This document shows, piece by piece, positions 59,481 to 64,000 of a stretch of 64,000 nucleotides of DNA. Source of the stretch: Mobula hypostoma (taxonomy: Eukaryota); NCBI RefSeq assembly GCF_963921235.1, contig NC_086107.1, forward strand, positions 107,944,001 through 108,008,000, read 5' to 3'. A model generated the notes under the pieces. The model had not been told where the DNA came from. It searched no databases and saw nothing but the letters and a program-made list of their open reading frames with translations. The number at the start of each line of letters is the position of its first letter. Positions within the stretch are counted from its first letter, which is position 1. A program made the translations under genes and the position numbers.

Positions 59481-59532
59481 ATTTATCTGTTCAGATGAGT
59501 AAAATCAGGAAACACTCTGAGGCCTCTACTGG

Positions 59533-60095
59533 TCAGTGTTGACCATGGAGGTTGTGGCTGCTGTCTAGATATGCAAGCTTGGGCAGTACAATATGGAGGG
59601 CAAGCTGTTGCCCATGTAGTAAACTCCCCCTCTCCATGCCACTGATGAATCTAAAGGAACGGCAGAGACCGGTACATTTGGCACCGGCAGTGTCACAGGA
59701 GTTGCCAGTCAGTGTTGAACTGAACGTATGACTGCCTGAGGGATTCCATCTCAGGACTTTTCCCTTGGGGTTTACTGCCACAATCTTTCCCATGAGTGAG
59801 TATAGCCACAAGGCAGCGGAGGTTTAGAGATCAGAGTTTTCTTTCTCCTAGATGAGCGGCCAACCACGGCTGATGAGCCCCATCTGCCCGAAGCGACTGG
59901 TTTTAAGGCCAGTGACTCACCTTTGCCCCTTCTCCTGTCAGTAGAAACAGTTTGGCCAGTCTTCGTAGCTAAGCCACGTGTGAGGGTCAGGAGCTGGACC
60001 TGGTTGTCAGAGACTATTTGAGATGCACACCATTGGGAGTATTTAATAGGTAGTGGCAGCTTGTCTCCATTACCAACTCCAGTTGTTATAGCCAA
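59533..60095 (-). mobile_element. Family C repeat, longest copy
   Basis: Collinear with 17950-18325 and 62195-62620. Confidence 0.6.
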
Positions 60096-61279
60096 GAACC
60101 AAATCAGGAACCACTAAAGGCTGATATAAATGCTGGATAAATTCTTTCCCGAAGCCATCTAGATGATTGACAGGAGGAAATGATATTTCCTTAAAGCATG
60201 AAAGGAGGCCATTTGGCCCATTGAGTCTATATCATCCCCTCCTACATACTAATATTACCTGCAACCTGTTCTTTTCACATCCAGGTTTCACAGCATCAGA
60301 GGCAACGTGCAAGGCCCATTAAACTACCAGCATGTATCTGGGATGTAGTAGGAAACTAGAGGATTCCGGGGAAGTGCACAGGGTTACAGAGAGAATGGGA
60401 CAGCTCCGAAAGTCAGGATCGAACCCGTATCACTGGAGCTTTGGAGGAGCAGGGCAAGCTTATCCCAAACATGTTCAAGCCTCCTGAAGGTCAACGAAAT
60501 GGGACAGGTATCTCCGAGCTCATCCACTCTCCTGGCTTGCTTTCTTATTTCCCACGGGCTGTGGAGATGATGGAAAGTTCATGGCTTTGACCAAAAAGGT
60601 CTCACTGTTAGAGATTGGCTGAATGAGAATTACCTCTGGGGATTACCTAGCCCTAATTCTAATCCTAACCCTACCTGCCCATTTCAAACAGTCAGTAGCA
60701 AAAGATTCTCAGCCTGCTAACCCTCAAGAATAAGAAACTCCAAAGCTCACCAGATTTTAGGAAAACAAGAAGAGGATCAAAAGGCCACTCAGCCCCTCAT
60801 ATTTGTTCTTGTATTTCTGCCTGTGATTGCTAGTCTGTCAACTTCAGGTTTAAATTTGAATGTGTATCTGCAGCTTTTTGTGTCTTCTGGACCTCCATTA
60901 ATCTTCTGAAGTACTCTAGTTTGAAATAATCCCAGATTTCATTGAGTTTTTTCTGCCAGGTTTTTGAAAACTGATCATTAAATATTTGGTAAAAATTGAA
61001 GAGACAGAATCTCTTTGAAGAGTCTAGATTTAGACAGGCTCAGTGGTTTTGAAAATGACTTCCTCTTGTCCTGGTTTCCTATCATCAATGTAAAGAAAAT
61101 ATCTATCAGCTTCTTTCTAATTCTTTCTGAAATATTACAAAACTCAGCCATTACCCTTTGGTTCTTCAACTAGAAGGAAGCTCTCTTCTCACTCTAACTC
61201 CAGTCGAGAGAGTTGTGAGGTTGCCTTTATTGCTGTCGAACACTTTGAGAAGTGTTCTCAAAGAGCATTTTTCTTTCAA

Positions 61280-61465
61280 GACAGAGACAGAGAGAGGTAA
61301 AGATAGAGAGAAAGAGAGAGAGAGAGAGAGAGGAGAGAGAAAAAGAGAAAGAGAGGAAGAGAGAGAGAGCGAGAGCGAGAGAAAGAGAAGGGGAGAGAGA
61401 GAGGAGAGTGAGAAAGAGAAAGAAGGAGAGAGAGAGAGGGGAAAGGGAGATGGAGAGGGAGGGAG
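61280..61465 (+). repeat. GA-rich microsatellite
   Basis: (GA)n with interruptions. Confidence 0.9.
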
Positions 61466-61672
61466 AAAACACAAACCAACCTCCAAAACATGGTTAATTA
61501 TGCACCAATATTTGTTTCAGAGAAATCTTCCTTCATTTGGCCCAGAAACCAAGTCTGTGGTATCTCCAATGGCAACAGACACCCGATGTTGACGGGTGCT
61601 TGAAGAACGATAATGGAAGAATGAAATTAAGTGGATGACAGGAAGCTTGACCCACCCTCTTGCATAGTCTTC

Positions 61673-61686
61673 GTAACCATAGCAAC
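61673..61686. promoter_or_regulatory. Candidate RFX X-box
   Basis: GTAACCATAGCAAC in non-repeat DNA. Confidence 0.35.
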
Positions 61687-61964
61687 CAGACTCTCGAGCC
61701 TTATATTTGTAAATTAAAGTGTTGGGTGCTGCCAGTAATAATGGCTGCAGGGAAATAAGAAATTAAATACACATGCTTTCCAACGATGTTGAAAGATTAA
61801 CCCTAGTGGGTCATGAAGAGATTTCAGTAGTCTTTGATGAGTCAGATCTTCTGTTTTATTTCAGGTTTGGATTCTCTTGGTAATATATGTATAATATTAT
61901 TTCTGAAGGAAAGGAACTTGCTTTTTTTTGCTGCCTCTTATCTCCCTTTCAAGATGTACCCAAG

Positions 61965-62620
61965 GCAGGCCATGCAGTGGTGTAGCCAGTAGTTGCTACT
62001 TTTGAGCTCCAGTGACCGGGGTTCGATGTTGACCTCTGGTGAAATCTGCGCTCAGTCAGACCATATGGGTTTCCTCTGGGTGCTCCAATTTCCTCCCACA
62101 TCCCACAGATGGGATGGGTTAATTGGGCCCTGTAAATTGCCCCTGGTGCTTAGGCAAGTTGGTAAATTCTGGAGGGTGAATGGGCGTAGTCAAATAATGC
62201 CCTCTGTTGTCTGGGGTCTACCATGGATATTGCATGCCAGCTGTCTACATGATACACAAGGCAGGGCAGTACGATATGGAGAGCAAACTGTTGCCCATGC
62301 AGCAGGCTTCCCCTCTCCACACAGCCGATAAAACCAAAAGTGCGGCAGAGACCGATGCAAGTTTGAGATTAGAGTGTTCCTTCTAGATGAGCAGCTGATG
62401 AGCCCCATCTGCTGGATGCAATGGGTTTTAAGGCACAAGTAATCGGCCTTTTGCTCCTTCCACTGGGCTTAGTAGCTAAGCCACACGTGAAGGCCAGCAG
62501 CTGGATTTGGTTGTCAGAGGCGATTTGAGGTGCACGCCATTGGGAGCACTTAATAGGTAGTGGGAGCTTGTCCCCACTACCACCCCCTCCTTCCCGGCTG
62601 TAACAACCTTAAGGAACCAT
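61965..62620. mobile_element. Plus-strand V-SINE (~61965-62180) followed by a family C copy
   Basis: ccggggttcgatg B box; gggtttcctctgggtgctcc..tttcctcccaca; then ggagagcaaactgttgcccatg. Confidence 0.65.
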
Positions 62621-63307
62621 AGCCAACTGAGATAAGTGCTAAGTGGGTATTTGATGGTCAGGGTGAAGTTGATGGGCCGAAGGGCCTATTCCAGAGCTGA
62701 ATGACTCTGTGAAGCTCTATCATGAATTGTGACGAGAGGCCTAGGTGAGGATGGTAAGGGCTCAAATGCTGGAGTGTCTGAGAGTAGAATCGAGACATGC
62801 TTTCGAGACTGAGACAAGAACAGGGTTCTTGACCAGAAGCTAGTTGAGAACCTGATGAGATTAGATGTGAGTCCAAATGAGGCAGAAACCCTAAACGCAA
62901 TTGCAGACTGAGCTGATGACTGAGCACCGAAACTGAGCTCAGGTGCTCTTTAAATATCCAAATCCAGGCACCATAAAATGGCCACCAATTAGCGGAGTGG
63001 ACCAGAATCTTTGAAGGGACCAAGCCAGCTTTCCATACTCTGGAGAATCGGAGCTTCTAAACCCCAGAGGCTGGCATACCCTAACATGGATGGTATGAAG
63101 TCCAGCTGCGAAAGGAGGGTGGTTGGGCATGGGGCTACCAAATCCATCCCATCAAAACCCAGAGCTACAGAAACACCAACAGAACCTTCAAAGACCTCAT
63201 CTCTGGGAGAAGAAGAAGATGGACTACACCTGGGAACAACTTGAAAGACTGGCACAGGATAGAGGATTCTGATAAGCTGCTGTTGGTGGCCAGTGCCCAG
63301 CAGGAAG

Positions 63308-64000
63308 TCATAAAGATGCAGCACAGAAACAGGCCCTTTGGCCCATCTAGTCCATGCCAAGCCATCTAAGCTGCTTGCTGTCATTGACCTGCAATGGGAC
63401 CATAGCTGTCCATGCCCCTACCAAGCATGCACCTATCCAAGCTTTGCTTAAACATTGAAATAGAGCTCATGTGCACCACTTGTGCTGGCAGCTCATTCCA
63501 CACTCTCACAACTCTCTGAGTGAAGAAGTTTCCCCTCATGTTCCCCTTAAACTTTTCACCTTTCACCCTTAACCAATGACCTCTTGTTGTAGTCCTAACC
63601 AACCTCAGTGGAAAAACCCTGCTTGCACATATCATATCTATACCTCTCATACTTTTGTATACCTCTATTAAATCTCCTCTCAATCTTCTATGTGCTAAGG
63701 AATAAAGTCCTCTCCTATTCAATCTTTCCGTATAACTCAGGTCCTCCAGACCCGGAAACATCCCTGTAAAATTTCTCTGTACTCTTTCAAACTTATTTAC
63801 ATCTTTCCTGTGGGTAGGTGACCAAAACTGCACACAATGCTCCAAATTAGGCCTTTCTGACCGGAGGCCTGTGAATAGTGGTGAGCCACAGGGATCGGTG
63901 CTCTCTGGTTTCTCCCACAAAGCCAATGTCTAATCCAATTTACTGCCTCATCTTCGATGCTGAGCGACTGAATCTTCTTGACCAGCCTCCCATGTGGAGC
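63308..64000 (-). mobile_element. CR1-like RT/3' remnant with internal inversion and deletion
   Basis: RPNLEHCVQFWSP...RRLRGDLIEVYK (minus); SDRRPVNSGEPQGSVL (plus, 63856-63902); PHGRLVKKIQ...WIRHWLCGRNQR (minus, 63903-64000). Confidence 0.8.

Noticed and set aside
62728..63300. Solo LTR beginning tgtgacg
   Set aside because: No second LTR, clear CA end, TSD, PBS or PPT could be identified.
1..64000. ORF-track entries as host protein-coding genes
   Set aside because: Those with recognisable motifs are transposon fragments with stops and frameshifts. The rest are short, low-complexity or antisense to repeats, and many use non-ATG starts that are not meaningful in eukaryotic DNA.

Overview
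This is repeat-dense, essentially non-coding vertebrate DNA. The repeat mix (HE1/V-SINE-like SINEs, abundant CR1, Rex1/Babar, Penelope-like and RTE remnants) points to a cartilaginous fish, probably a ray; that is an inference. I recognise no intact host gene. The informative ORFs in the track are decayed transposon fragments: CR1 ORF1/ORF2, Rex1/Babar RT C-terminus, RTE RT, Penelope GIY-YIG endonuclease, Tc1 HTH and Chapaev-like transposase. Highlights: (i) more than ten minimal type-I hammerhead ribozyme motifs in Penelope-like pseudo-LTRs, including a 1.34-kb palindromic Penelope insertion (6428-7767) and short ORF-less fold-back derivatives; (ii) an RTE insertion with a twin-priming-type 5' inversion and TSD (50954-51674); (iii) MITEs with unusual ends: three-TIR Tc1, a fully palindromic four-TIR mariner, and a hAT nested in a hAT ending at a cryptic terminus; (iv) several non-autonomous retroelement families, often deeply nested; (v) transposon-free islands with enhancer-like motif clusters (SOX, POU, RFX/FOX), a CTCF-like minisatellite and weak exon candidates. 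Family names come from recognising motifs by eye, not database searches. Boundaries are approximate unless a TSD or TIR is quoted.
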